Assembly: GCA_965214095.1 (NCBI GenBank)
Contig: OZ243938.1
Coordinates: forward strand, 1,312,001-1,376,000
Direction: 5' to 3'
From: Candidatus Poribacteria bacterium
Lineage (GTDB): Bacteria; Poribacteria; WGA-4E; WGA-3G
Length of the DNA stretch: 64,000 nt
Shown here: positions 10,167 through 19,654 of the stretch, in pieces
Numbering within the stretch: the stretch's first letter is position 1
Layout of the letters: each line of letters starts with the position of its first letter
The notes under the pieces: model-generated
Told to the model about the DNA's origin: nothing
The model's database searches: none
Seen by the model: only the letters and a program-made list of their open reading frames with translations
Translations under genes and position numbers: made by a program

Positions 10167-10667
10167 CTAAGAACTTGGTTTGAAAAAGGTGACAAGACAA
10201 CCACCGACCGCAGCAAGCAAAATTCCAAGAACAAATTCCCAACGGACAGCACTCCAACCTCCTTTAGGTGGATGCGACAATGTCGCAACAATAGCATTCA
10301 CTATTGGTGCTCCTGCAAAGACAATAGACATTACAACAGCAGGTCGACCCCCAGCACCGAATGCAAGCAGCACACCGAACGCTCCGATAGCACCGACAAC
10401 CCCCGCAAGAAAAGACCACCTTACACCTTTACCACTAAACGTCCATTCTGCCCCGGTAGAGTACAGCAAAATTGCAGACCCAATGACAGCTACCAAGAGA
10501 TATGCCAATCCCACAAACAGAAACGCTTTATAACGTCTCGGTGCTGCATCATCTAAAGACTCCACAGTAGGATCTTTCATAGCATCCTGACCTTTATGCA
10601 AAAAAACACCGTAGAGTCCCCAAGAGGAGACAGTTAGAACAGCAAAAATTAACCACAATTTACCCAT
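10167..10667 (-). CDS. Small multi-TM membrane protein (EamA/DMT-like)
   Basis: About 5 hydrophobic helices and WGLYG...GAIGAFG...VMSIVFAGAPIVNA. GGAGGT SD precedes the ATG at 10667. Confidence 0.7.
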   Translation of the reverse strand: MGKLWLIFAVLTVSSWGLYGVFLHKGQDAMKDPTVESLDDAAPRRYKAFLFVGLAYLLVAVIGSAILLYSTGAEWTFSGKGVRWSFLAGVVGAIGAFGVLLAFGAGGRPAVVMSIVFAGAPIVNAIVATLSHPPKGGWSAVRWEFVLGILLAAVGGCLVTFFKPSS

Positions 10668-10703
10668 AATATTTACCTCCAATTTGAAATAAGTAATTCC
10701 ATT

Positions 10704-11993
10704 TTATAGATATTTTTTGAACACTTGCATGAGTTGTTGTGCAATGATTTCATCACTGAAATTTTGATGAACATTCTCTTTACCTGTTTTCCCCAAATGT
10801 CTACGTCTTTCAGAATCTCGATATAATTGAAGTATACCTTCAGCCACGGCATCTGAAGATTCAGGTTGGACCAATATGCCTCCGCCAGTCGCATCAACCA
10901 TTTCAGGAAATGATCCGTGTTCCGGTTGAACTACCGGTATCCCATTTGCGAGTGCTTCCAAGATAGACAACCCCTTTGATTCACGGTAAACTGTGGGAAC
11001 AGAGAAAACATGGAGTTGGTTGAGAAAGTCTATCTTTTGAGAACGCGTGACCTCGCCATAATGAACAAAACTCTCTTGTAAGCCCCACGCATCTATCTGA
11101 TTGACCAACTCCTCAAAATAGGGTTCATCCTTCTTACCAAGATATCCCGCAACATGAAGTTCTACATTGTCTGATCCCAACTCCTTTGTCAGTGTATAGA
11201 AAGCACTAACCAACAAGTGCAGACCTTTTTCTGGACAGATACGAGCCAAATAACCGATTTTGAGAGGTGGAGGCTCTGTCTTATCATTCAACTCACCGTG
11301 TCCATCTAAATTTAGACCCAAGGGAACAATATGGACTCTATCCACAGAAACTTGTAAATATTCTTCTGCCATATACCGTGCATAATAGTTACAAGGTGCA
11401 ACAAATCCATCAGCATCTACAGCGCGTTCCGCTAATAGTGCTAATGCCTCAATTTTGTATGGGTCAATCAGGTCTCGTAGGAAGATGTCCTCACCTTGCA
11501 AAGCACAAATTACAGGAACGTCCAATGCGTTCTTTATTTCTCTTGCCATGCCAATTAGCATAGAGTTAGTCAAATATACAAGATCCAGTCGGTTGTCTTC
11601 ACGTAACCATTTGACTAATTTTGCCAATTCTTTCCTTTGATAACCTTCTTCAGCACTCAACATTGAGACTGTCAATTCCCCCAAATCTCTCGCGTCTGTA
11701 GATGCACTGAGGCCCGCTAAACTGTTGAGCAGCTTCGGACTATCCAACATCCTATCAAACACCCAAGGAGTATGCCGAAAGAGTGAAAGTTTCTGTTGGA
11801 GATATACATTAATCCCTCCATAAAAGATGCGATCCAAACTTACATTTTCTTCGTCTGTTCGGGTAGGTGTATATGTCGGAATCAATGAAACGTTATGTCC
11901 CTGTTTATTTAATACTGTTGCTACGGCATTATCATGGATACAAGTTCCACAATACATTCCTGCAGCGCCAGCTGTAATATAAGCAACTTTCAT
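10704..11993 (-). CDS. Glycosyltransferase family 4 with N-terminal MYCGxC motif
   Basis: GYLARICPEKG and ESKGLSILEALANGIPVV (GT-B EX7E motif). Confidence 0.88.
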   Translation of the reverse strand: MKVAYITAGAAGMYCGTCIHDNAVATVLNKQGHNVSLIPTYTPTRTDEENVSLDRIFYGGINVYLQQKLSLFRHTPWVFDRMLDSPKLLNSLAGLSASTDARDLGELTVSMLSAEEGYQRKELAKLVKWLREDNRLDLVYLTNSMLIGMAREIKNALDVPVICALQGEDIFLRDLIDPYKIEALALLAERAVDADGFVAPCNYYARYMAEEYLQVSVDRVHIVPLGLNLDGHGELNDKTEPPPLKIGYLARICPEKGLHLLVSAFYTLTKELGSDNVELHVAGYLGKKDEPYFEELVNQIDAWGLQESFVHYGEVTRSQKIDFLNQLHVFSVPTVYRESKGLSILEALANGIPVVQPEHGSFPEMVDATGGGILVQPESSDAVAEGILQLYRDSERRRHLGKTGKENVHQNFSDEIIAQQLMQVFKKYL

Positions 11994-12050
11994 GTTTTAT
12001 CTTTGCAACAAGAATAATAGCGTATAACTTGGCAAATATCCTTTCACATA

Positions 12051-13511
12051 TCATGTATTGAAATATCTATCAATCGTTTCAGATGAAGGTGGTTTTGTGA
12101 TTAGGGAAACAATTATTAAAATTAAGGTAGATACAAGTATGATGACTGAAACTGGCATAATCCCTGTTCCACCTACAGTATATCCAGAAGTCTGCCAGTA
12201 TCGTAGAAAGAAAAAGAGCCACAGCAGAATGACACTAAATATTGAAGCAAGTACACCGTGCTTAGTACTTCCCTTCCAGAATAGTGCTGCAACTACTATG
12301 GGGAAAAGGCCTGAGAAACCCGTGAAAGACCATATAGCCAACCTGAAAATACTTGGTTTCGCAATTAAAGATATAATATAGGTTATACTGATGATAGCAA
12401 TCACAAATAACCTTCCAACCCATACCTGTTGTTTTTCTGTCATCTGCTCTTTCCCACTTTTTCTGAGGTAAGGACGTACGATGTCATTCGTAAACATGCT
12501 CCCAAGAGAGAGTGTTTGTGAATCAAGTGACGACATAATTGCAGCAAAGACACCTGCTCCTAAAAACCCTGCTAATACCCCTGGTGCGTGTTGACGAATC
12601 ATCTGAATCAGTACGCTGTTGACTTCCGGTCCTTTTAATGCAGGGAAATCCACATTTCCCAATATACCAAGTAGTACACTCGGCACCCACACAATGGCAA
12701 TACACACGGGATAAAGAATAATCGGATAACGGAATGTGCTTACGTCTTTCGCTGTAAGACAGTGTGAAAAGATGTGAGGAAACATCCCGACTGATAACGG
12801 AATACACGTATAAGTCAACAGTTCCAAAGGTTTTATGTGGTCTGTTTGTCTTAATAAACTTGTATCAACTTTGGATAGTGCGGTGGAAAATCCACCCATC
12901 CGATATATGATGACAACAAAGGTAACACCACCGAGAATCATGAAAACAAGCGTTTGAAATGTGTTGACCCACGCAGTGCCACGCATACCACTATAGGTAA
13001 CATAGCACAGCACAACGGCAGAAATCAATAACCCACCGACCCACTGCGGAATTGCATTCTCTGTAATTTTAGAGATTGTATCGCCACCACCCATAACACC
13101 AATCAGTAGATAAGGTATAAGTAACAGTACTAACACAATAAAGAGCAATAGTCCCAATCCATTTGATTCCCATCGGTCACGAAAGAATTGAACTTGTGTG
13201 ACATATCCGAACTTCTTTCCAATCTTCCACAATCGTGTTCCAATAAAAAGAAACACACAAGGTACAATGATTGCAGATGAGGATGCCATCAATGCAAACA
13301 CACCAATACCTCTGTGGTATGCTTCACCGGACGCACCAAGTATAGAAAATGCTGTCATGTGTGTCCCAAAAAGAGACATCAACAACATAAACCAACTTAT
13401 GTTACGGCTTGCGACAAAGTAATCTTCACCTGTGTTTCGGAAAAACTTGTGGCTCAGGAGACCGAGACTCAGCACTAATGCAAGGTAGATAATAATGACT
13501 GCCAGAATCAT
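12051..13511 (-). CDS. Sodium:solute symporter family protein
   Basis: EDYFVASR, GMRGTAWVNTFQ and AAIMSSLDS, about 13 TM. The probable start overlaps the stop of the upstream small ORF. Confidence 0.92.
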   Translation of the reverse strand: MILAVIIIYLALVLSLGLLSHKFFRNTGEDYFVASRNISWFMLLMSLFGTHMTAFSILGASGEAYHRGIGVFALMASSSAIIVPCVFLFIGTRLWKIGKKFGYVTQVQFFRDRWESNGLGLLLFIVLVLLLIPYLLIGVMGGGDTISKITENAIPQWVGGLLISAVVLCYVTYSGMRGTAWVNTFQTLVFMILGGVTFVVIIYRMGGFSTALSKVDTSLLRQTDHIKPLELLTYTCIPLSVGMFPHIFSHCLTAKDVSTFRYPIILYPVCIAIVWVPSVLLGILGNVDFPALKGPEVNSVLIQMIRQHAPGVLAGFLGAGVFAAIMSSLDSQTLSLGSMFTNDIVRPYLRKSGKEQMTEKQQVWVGRLFVIAIISITYIISLIAKPSIFRLAIWSFTGFSGLFPIVVAALFWKGSTKHGVLASIFSVILLWLFFFLRYWQTSGYTVGGTGIMPVSVIILVSTLILIIVSLITKPPSSETIDRYFNT

Positions 13512-13702
13512 TTCTCTCTCCACATAAATTTGACGAGGGAATACATTAGCACAGAAGCAGCGAAGCAAAAGAGTATGTGATAGAGCAATCCTATAGGTAG
13601 TCCCAAGACGATTTCAGATGTTCCCCAGAACCAGAAATCGTTATGAAGAATAAACAGAACCACCAGTAATACATATAGAATCCATCTAAGTGTAGTTTTC
13701 AT
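13508..13702 (-). CDS. Small 2-TM partner of the SSS transporter (DUF3311-like)
   Basis: LHNDFWFW...LGLPIGLLYH. Sits in the classic position just upstream of the symporter, with overlapping stop/start. Confidence 0.8.
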   Translation of the reverse strand: MKTTLRWILYVLLVVLFILHNDFWFWGTSEIVLGLPIGLLYHILFCFAASVLMYSLVKFMWREK

Positions 13703-15701
13703 GTGTCACCTCACCCCCACGCCAATTATAGTAAAAAATAAAAACACATGCAAGCAACGTTATCCCATGTATCCACATTAAATTCAGTTCAGTAGGTATA
13801 AAGAAAAGCAGTGCTGCAGCAACAAACATCACACAACGTTCCCACACTGATATATCCTTAAATGCGTAACCAGCAATACTTGATGCAAAAAACACAGTGC
13901 CAGCCAATGTCCAGAAGAGATTGACAAAAATAATCCATAAGTGCGGACTACCACCCTCAGCACTGAGCCATAGCAATTCTGGTCGAAGGACAAACGCATA
14001 GGGTAATGCAAAACCCACAAGTGCAAAGCGAAAAGCAGTGAACGCAGTCTGCATGATACCAGAATTCGCAATCGCAGCAGCAGTATATGCAGCCAGTGCA
14101 ACGGGTGGTGTAACCATTGACATCATTCCGAAATAAAATATAAAGAAGTGTGCAGCAAGTGGAACGACCCCTAAGTCAAGCAGCACCGGACCGACCAAAA
14201 TCGCCATCAACAGATAACACACTGAGGATGGCAGTCCCATGCCTAATATGATTGTAGAAATCATGAGCAGAAACAACGCAAGTAACAGATTCGTTTCAGC
14301 AAGTGGCAGGAGAACTCTCGGCAATTTTGAACCGACACCTGTAAGTGTAACAACACCGAGAATAATACCAACACAAGAAGCAGCGGCTATCAACGACACC
14401 CCGCTATGTCCTGCGTTTTCCATCGCCTTGAAAATACCTGATACACCCACGCGTGTTCTTATATGAAATAGACTGACGATTAAAACAACCAACAAACTCC
14501 AACTGACCGCACGGAATGGTGTTGCTCCCATAAGTAGAGTCAAAATCAAGATGAAAAACGCTGCAAAAAACACTACGCCTTGCATGATGGGTAGTTTTTC
14601 TGTAGGATTATCATTTACAACTTTATGATCTATATCAACATTTTCTTCAGTTGTTCCCGCTGATTGATTAGACTTTGTTGTTACGTTAATGGTTCGTTTT
14701 GCATAAAAATGCACGATGAGTAGAAGGGCAGTGTAATATAGAATTGCTGGCAAAAGTGCTGCTCTGATGATTTCTAAATAGGTTACAGTTGGTTGGACAA
14801 TTTCTAACATCATGTAGGCAGCTGCACCCATTATTGGAGGGACTAACGCACCACCTGAACTTGCCGCTGCTTCAATACCTCCTGCAATTTCAGGTTTGAA
14901 ACCTACACTCCGCATCAACGGAATTGTGAATGTGCCGGTTGTAGCTGTGTTTGCAACTGCAGAACCGGACAAAGACCCCATCATACCACTGCCAATCACT
15001 GCCACCTTTGCCGGACTGCCTGTGCTTGTCCCGAATATCCGTCTTGCCAAATTCAGAATATAAGCGGTGGCACCGGTGCGTTCCAGAAATGTCCCAAACA
15101 ACACAAACAGAAATACATACGTGAACATCACACGGAGTGCAACACCAAACACACCACCATGCAGGAATGTTTGACTGATAATGCGTTTGATGGAATACCC
15201 GCGATGTGGAAATAACCAACTGGGTAGGTACTGACCGAAACTTGCATAGAGTAGGAATACGATAGCGAGTAATGGTAGGGTAATACCGATAGAACGTCGG
15301 GTTGCCTCTAAAATCAAAACAAGTCCGAATCCACCAACATAGAAATCTAAAATGTGTTCTGCTGATGCGCGATCCCCAAGAAATCTGTCGCTCAACCAAA
15401 ATCTTTCAAACATCGGTTCCGTTTGAATAACTACATAACCGAAGCAGAAAACGACACCGCCTATCAAAACAAAATCAAGGATATTGCAGATAACATTATC
15501 AGCAAGACGAGGATGAAGTGGATATTTCAAAAGGACAACTATTAACCCAAACATTGCGAAGAGTGCTAATGCTGACTGCGGTTTCAGCAGTGGATAGTTG
15601 ACTTCGGATAGAATAAAAAGACATAGTATTACCGCAACAGGTAGAATGAGGGAGGGTTTTATCTGTTTCAAAAGAGGAAGTGAACCTATCCTTTTATTCA
15701 A
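13686..15701 (-). CDS. TRAP transporter fused permease (4TM/12TM, TAXI type)
   Basis: LEATRR, GSPAKVAV, SGSAVANT, EAAASSGG, PPIMGAAAY, LGMGLP and TPPVALAAY. Confidence 0.92.
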   Translation of the reverse strand: MNKRIGSLPLLKQIKPSLILPVAVILCLFILSEVNYPLLKPQSALALFAMFGLIVVLLKYPLHPRLADNVICNILDFVLIGGVVFCFGYVVIQTEPMFERFWLSDRFLGDRASAEHILDFYVGGFGLVLILEATRRSIGITLPLLAIVFLLYASFGQYLPSWLFPHRGYSIKRIISQTFLHGGVFGVALRVMFTYVFLFVLFGTFLERTGATAYILNLARRIFGTSTGSPAKVAVIGSGMMGSLSGSAVANTATTGTFTIPLMRSVGFKPEIAGGIEAAASSGGALVPPIMGAAAYMMLEIVQPTVTYLEIIRAALLPAILYYTALLLIVHFYAKRTINVTTKSNQSAGTTEENVDIDHKVVNDNPTEKLPIMQGVVFFAAFFILILTLLMGATPFRAVSWSLLVVLIVSLFHIRTRVGVSGIFKAMENAGHSGVSLIAAASCVGIILGVVTLTGVGSKLPRVLLPLAETNLLLALFLLMISTIILGMGLPSSVCYLLMAILVGPVLLDLGVVPLAAHFFIFYFGMMSMVTPPVALAAYTAAAIANSGIMQTAFTAFRFALVGFALPYAFVLRPELLWLSAEGGSPHLWIIFVNLFWTLAGTVFFASSIAGYAFKDISVWERCVMFVAAALLFFIPTELNLMWIHGITLLACVFIFYYNWRGGEVTHENYT

Positions 15702-15863
15702 GAGACTTGATGAGTTGCGGTATGAAGAAGTAAAAGCGTGTCTATAGCGTCATCACATCTATTGTCTACACGGAACTTGCTTTATAGTTTAGCAAATAAT
15801 AGTGTGTGTGTCAAATTAAATAGGGAAAGACAGGATTGTTTAGTTTTAGGATTTTGTTCAATA

Positions 15864-16505
15864 TTATTCACTAATGTTAATTTTGTCATGGGTTTGTATT
15901 CCTTTTTCAGTGAAAATATGATGCATGGGTATATCCCACGGTTGTGGGTATGTCTCATCTACTATTTGAACTTGAAATGCAATACCAACAGAAACTGCAT
16001 TCGGACATTTCGGTTGAAACCTATCATAAAAACCCTTTCCATATCCGAGACGATGACCGTTTTTGTCAAAAGCAATAGCAGGAACAAGTATGAGTTGTAG
16101 TTGATGCGTGGGGAAAACAGGACAACTTTCCTTTGGTTCATACATGCCATATCTGTGTAAAACTAAGTCTTCATCCAAATTCTGAATCTGTTTTGGATTC
16201 AAGCCACCGCTTTTTGTGTCAACTACGGGGGCAATAATTTTTCTATCTTGTTTAAGAAGGAGTTCAACCAGCTGCCAAGTTTCCACCTCACTTTTCATAC
16301 TTAGGTATACCATGACTGCATCAAAAGTATATCCTTGGTCACTTTTTTCCTTCCTCTGAATCCACTCAAATAGATGTTCAGTAATTCGTTTGCTGAGCAT
16401 AATGCGTTCAGCAGGTGTGATATTATCACGTTTTCGCAATATTTCAGACCGAATGGAATTCCGTTTTTTCGTAATGTCCATCTTTATTATCTTTATTCTT
16501 CCCAT
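15864..16505 (-). CDS. 5-formyltetrahydrofolate cyclo-ligase
   Basis: LVPAIAFDKNGHRLGYGKGFYDR, SEVET and PWDIPM. The start may be at 16481. Confidence 0.92.
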   Translation of the reverse strand: MGRIKIIKMDITKKRNSIRSEILRKRDNITPAERIMLSKRITEHLFEWIQRKEKSDQGYTFDAVMVYLSMKSEVETWQLVELLLKQDRKIIAPVVDTKSGGLNPKQIQNLDEDLVLHRYGMYEPKESCPVFPTHQLQLILVPAIAFDKNGHRLGYGKGFYDRFQPKCPNAVSVGIAFQVQIVDETYPQPWDIPMHHIFTEKGIQTHDKINISE

Positions 16506-17851
16506 TCAATGTGATCAATATGCTTTGCAAGTGCATCACGAAAAGTGGAGGGTTTCATGGATAACAACCGAGCGGCTTGTGTTTTGTTACCTTTTGTCTT
16601 TCGCATTGCCCATGCGATGAGTTCGCGTTCAGTGGATTTGATGATTTCATGGAAAGAGGTTAAACTTGGTGTAGTGTCAAGTTGTTGTGAAGTTGGTAAT
16701 TTAATCTCAATAGGAATGTCTTCTTTGGTAATTTCATTTCCATTGTACACAGTAACAAGACGTTCAATTATATTTTCAAGCTCACTGATGTTACCTGACC
16801 ACGGATAATCGGAAAGTACATCAATAGCATCAGGACTAATTTTGATAGATTGGTGAGGTGAGAATATATCCAAGAAATGGTTGATTAATATAGGAATGTC
16901 GCCTTTTCGTTCTCGTAAGGGAGGCAAAAATAATGGAATAACATTTAGTTGATAGTACAAATCTTCAAGGAACTCACCGCGTTTCGTTTTATCTTTCAGA
17001 TTGTCACGAGATGTTGATATGATGCGTATATCTATTTCAGATGATTCTGTGTCATCAGCTTCCGTATGTTCCATACTCTCCAATATTGCTAATAATTTTG
17101 CTTGTAGGTTTAATGGAACAGAATCCACATTTGCGATGAACAGAGTGCCTCTGTTTGCTATTTGTATCTTACCTTGTCTGTCACTGTCACCGAAGAGTTC
17201 AGATTCTATGGTATCAGCAGTAAGACCATAAGAATTGAAGTTGACATAAGGTTGATGTAGACGTGAACTCTTGAGATGTATAGTTTTACCTAAAAGAGAT
17301 TTTCCCGTTCCTTCTTCGCCATATATCATTACATTGCTATCAACAGAAGCAACTTTGGGAATCATATTGAAAATTTCTTGTATCTGTTGACTTTTTCCGA
17401 TAAGTGTTTGATATAAAGAAGTTTCTTGATTTGTATCTTCAGATTTTTGAGACGATGGTGTTCTATCAGCTTGTGTTTTATTTCGTAATGCCTTTAATTT
17501 ATCCAGCATCAGGATTAACTCATCACTTGAAAATGGTTTTTTAATATAGTTATATGCCCCAAACCTTAATGCCTCAACAGCTGTTTCAACACTTGCATAA
17601 GCCGTCATTACGATAACAGTGATATGTGGGTGTTCCTTTTTGACTCTTTTTAGGAAATCAATCCCATGCATCTGTGGCATACGTAGATCTGTGACTAAAA
17701 CATCAAATGCCTCCTGTTGTAAGAGTTGTAGTCCAATAAGAGGGGAATCCACTGCGATAGTATCGTAATTTGATTCTCGCAAGTCATCCCGTAGTGTTAC
17801 TCTTTTAATTTTTTCGTCATCAACAACAAGTATTTTCATTTTTTCCCTCAT
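16493..17851 (-). CDS. NtrC-like response regulator (REC-AAA+-Fis HTH) with degenerate AAA+ domain
   Basis: Intact REC domain (VVDDE, TDLRMP, KPF), Walker A GEEGTGKS and HTH GNKTQAARLL. Lacks GAFTGA, the Walker B DE pair and the arginine fingers. Confidence 0.9.
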   Translation of the reverse strand: MREKMKILVVDDEKIKRVTLRDDLRESNYDTIAVDSPLIGLQLLQQEAFDVLVTDLRMPQMHGIDFLKRVKKEHPHITVIVMTAYASVETAVEALRFGAYNYIKKPFSSDELILMLDKLKALRNKTQADRTPSSQKSEDTNQETSLYQTLIGKSQQIQEIFNMIPKVASVDSNVMIYGEEGTGKSLLGKTIHLKSSRLHQPYVNFNSYGLTADTIESELFGDSDRQGKIQIANRGTLFIANVDSVPLNLQAKLLAILESMEHTEADDTESSEIDIRIISTSRDNLKDKTKRGEFLEDLYYQLNVIPLFLPPLRERKGDIPILINHFLDIFSPHQSIKISPDAIDVLSDYPWSGNISELENIIERLVTVYNGNEITKEDIPIEIKLPTSQQLDTTPSLTSFHEIIKSTERELIAWAMRKTKGNKTQAARLLSMKPSTFRDALAKHIDHIEWEE

Positions 17852-17861
17852 CAATGTGTAT

Positions 17862-19214
17862 CTATGCAATTGGCAATTTTACAGTAAATGTTGTGCCGTG
17901 TCCTTCTTCACTCTCTACCTCTATGATTCCTTGATGTTGTCTGATAATACGGTCAGAAACAGTGAGACCGAGTCCAGTGCCTTTTTCAGTAATTTGTGAT
18001 GTGTAAAATGGTTCAAATATTCTCTCTTTGACAGATTCTGATATACCGACACCCGTATCAATTACTTTTACATAAACACTCGGTTGTGCTAATAGTGGGT
18101 CTAAAGTTAGTTCACCTGTTCCATACGCTAATTTCCCACCATCTGGCATTGCTGTAATTGCATTTAGTGATAGGTTAAGAATGACTTGTTCTAATAGATG
18201 TTTATCGCCGTGTATAGGTGATATTCGGTCTTGAAAGTCTTTCTCAATTTGTATTCCTTTTTCAGATGCACCGTATTCAATGAGTCCTATTGTTTCATTT
18301 ACGACTTCATTGAGATTTATTGCAGAAAGCGAGAGTTCATGTGAACGTGAGAAATCAAGCAATTTGCCGATAGTTGATTCAATTCTGCGAATTGCGTCCT
18401 CCATTAAATCAAGATATTCTTGTGTTTGTTCAATATTATTAGGATTTCGTTGTATACGTAGAATGCAGTTTAACAATCCATCAAGCGGATTGTTAATTTC
18501 ATGGGCGACACCAGCAGCAAGTTCACCGATTGCCGCCATTTTTTCGGAAAAGATGAGTTGCTGCTCCATCCTTTTTCTATCAGCTTCCCGTTCTCTTGCT
18601 GTTTGTGTGATAGTAGTCGCTAAATAAACAGAAAAGAAGAGCGTACTTGTGAAGACAAATAGGACTCCGAATATATAAAACGGGTCTCGGTAGAGTTCCT
18701 CAGGTATAAAATTATTCAAAGGATTGTGTGGAATAATTCCAAAATATTCAAGGCAAATGAGGGAACTCAACAACAACGTGTTGAGTCCAGCTAAAACATA
18801 ACTGACCCGTTTAGACAGGATGATACTTGCAATAATTAGATGAAATATAAAATAGAAGATGAAGGGATTTTCAACACCGCCGCTGAAGTGTATGAGTGCA
18901 GTCAGTGACAGCAGGTCAAGGATAATGTGAATGCAGGCTTGACGTTTTATAGATTTGAGTCGTTGCTGTTCTGGAGCCTTGCGATACATCCGTGGCTCAA
19001 AGTTATAGAGCACCATTAACGCGGCAATGATATAGAGCGGAATCGGACGTTCTATCATGTTCTGTGCTAAATTAGCCACAGGAACGGTGAAAAAAACACC
19101 GGCGATTGCAATCCAACGCAATCGCACCAACCACCCGATCTGTTTGATTAACTCCAGTTTTAACGGCAGTTCATCATCGACTGCTTTTTCCTGGAACAAT
19201 TGTGTCTGTTCCAT
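17862..19214 (-). CDS. Membrane sensor histidine kinase with RegB-like TM domain
   Basis: About 6 TM including LRWIAI and SGGVENPF. H-box AHEINNPL, N-box NLSLNA, DTGVGI, FEPFY and GTGLGL. Confidence 0.92.
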   Translation of the reverse strand: MEQTQLFQEKAVDDELPLKLELIKQIGWLVRLRWIAIAGVFFTVPVANLAQNMIERPIPLYIIAALMVLYNFEPRMYRKAPEQQRLKSIKRQACIHIILDLLSLTALIHFSGGVENPFIFYFIFHLIIASIILSKRVSYVLAGLNTLLLSSLICLEYFGIIPHNPLNNFIPEELYRDPFYIFGVLFVFTSTLFFSVYLATTITQTAREREADRKRMEQQLIFSEKMAAIGELAAGVAHEINNPLDGLLNCILRIQRNPNNIEQTQEYLDLMEDAIRRIESTIGKLLDFSRSHELSLSAINLNEVVNETIGLIEYGASEKGIQIEKDFQDRISPIHGDKHLLEQVILNLSLNAITAMPDGGKLAYGTGELTLDPLLAQPSVYVKVIDTGVGISESVKERIFEPFYTSQITEKGTGLGLTVSDRIIRQHQGIIEVESEEGHGTTFTVKLPIA

Positions 19215-19228
19215 ATCAGTCGTTCTCT

Positions 19229-19516
19229 CTATTTCATGTAGCGGATTTCGCCAGAGATTTCAATGGTATCAACGATCGCCATGACAACACCATCAACCGG
19301 TTTATTACTGGTAACACTTGTCTGCCGTGCTGAACTTCCTGTTGCAATTAATACGATTTCTCCGATACCAGCACCAACAGCATCTACAGCAACTGTATAT
19401 TTCCGATCTAATTCTCCGTCTAAATTGACATCTTGGACAATCAACAATTTACTACCGACAAGTTTCTCATCTTTCTGTGTAGCAACGACTGTCCCCGTAA
19501 CCTTTCCAAGAATCAT
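19229..19516 (-). CDS. eutN: Bacterial microcompartment vertex protein (EutN/CcmL, BMC-P)
   Basis: MILGKVTGTVVATQK, VAVDAVGAGIGEIVL, GSSARQ and DGVVMAIVD. Confidence 0.93.
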   Translation of the reverse strand: MILGKVTGTVVATQKDEKLVGSKLLIVQDVNLDGELDRKYTVAVDAVGAGIGEIVLIATGSSARQTSVTSNKPVDGVVMAIVDTIEISGEIRYMK

Positions 19517-19586
19517 TCAAAAACCTTTATATGATGTATTCGTATATATGTTTTTTCTCATTAACTTTAGGAATCAGCGTGAGAAA

Positions 19587-19615
19587 TTGACTATTTTCTT
19601 CCTTCATGTTAAACT
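19587..19615 (+). promoter_or_regulatory. Putative sigma70 promoter for the thiO-like gene
   Basis: TTGACT-17 nt-TAAACT with a TGn extension. Confidence 0.45.
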
Positions 19616-19654
19616 ATTTTTGAGTATAAAGTCAAGACTAAATGATGGAGTATT

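Noticed and set aside
15738-16100. 120-aa plus-strand ORF
   Set aside because: It overlaps the cyclo-ligase antisense and an AT-rich promoter region, and its composition is not protein-like.
16480-16620. 6S RNA expected upstream of 5-formyl-THF cyclo-ligase (ssrS-ygfA synteny)
   Set aside because: There is no intergenic space, because the gene abuts or overlaps the response regulator.
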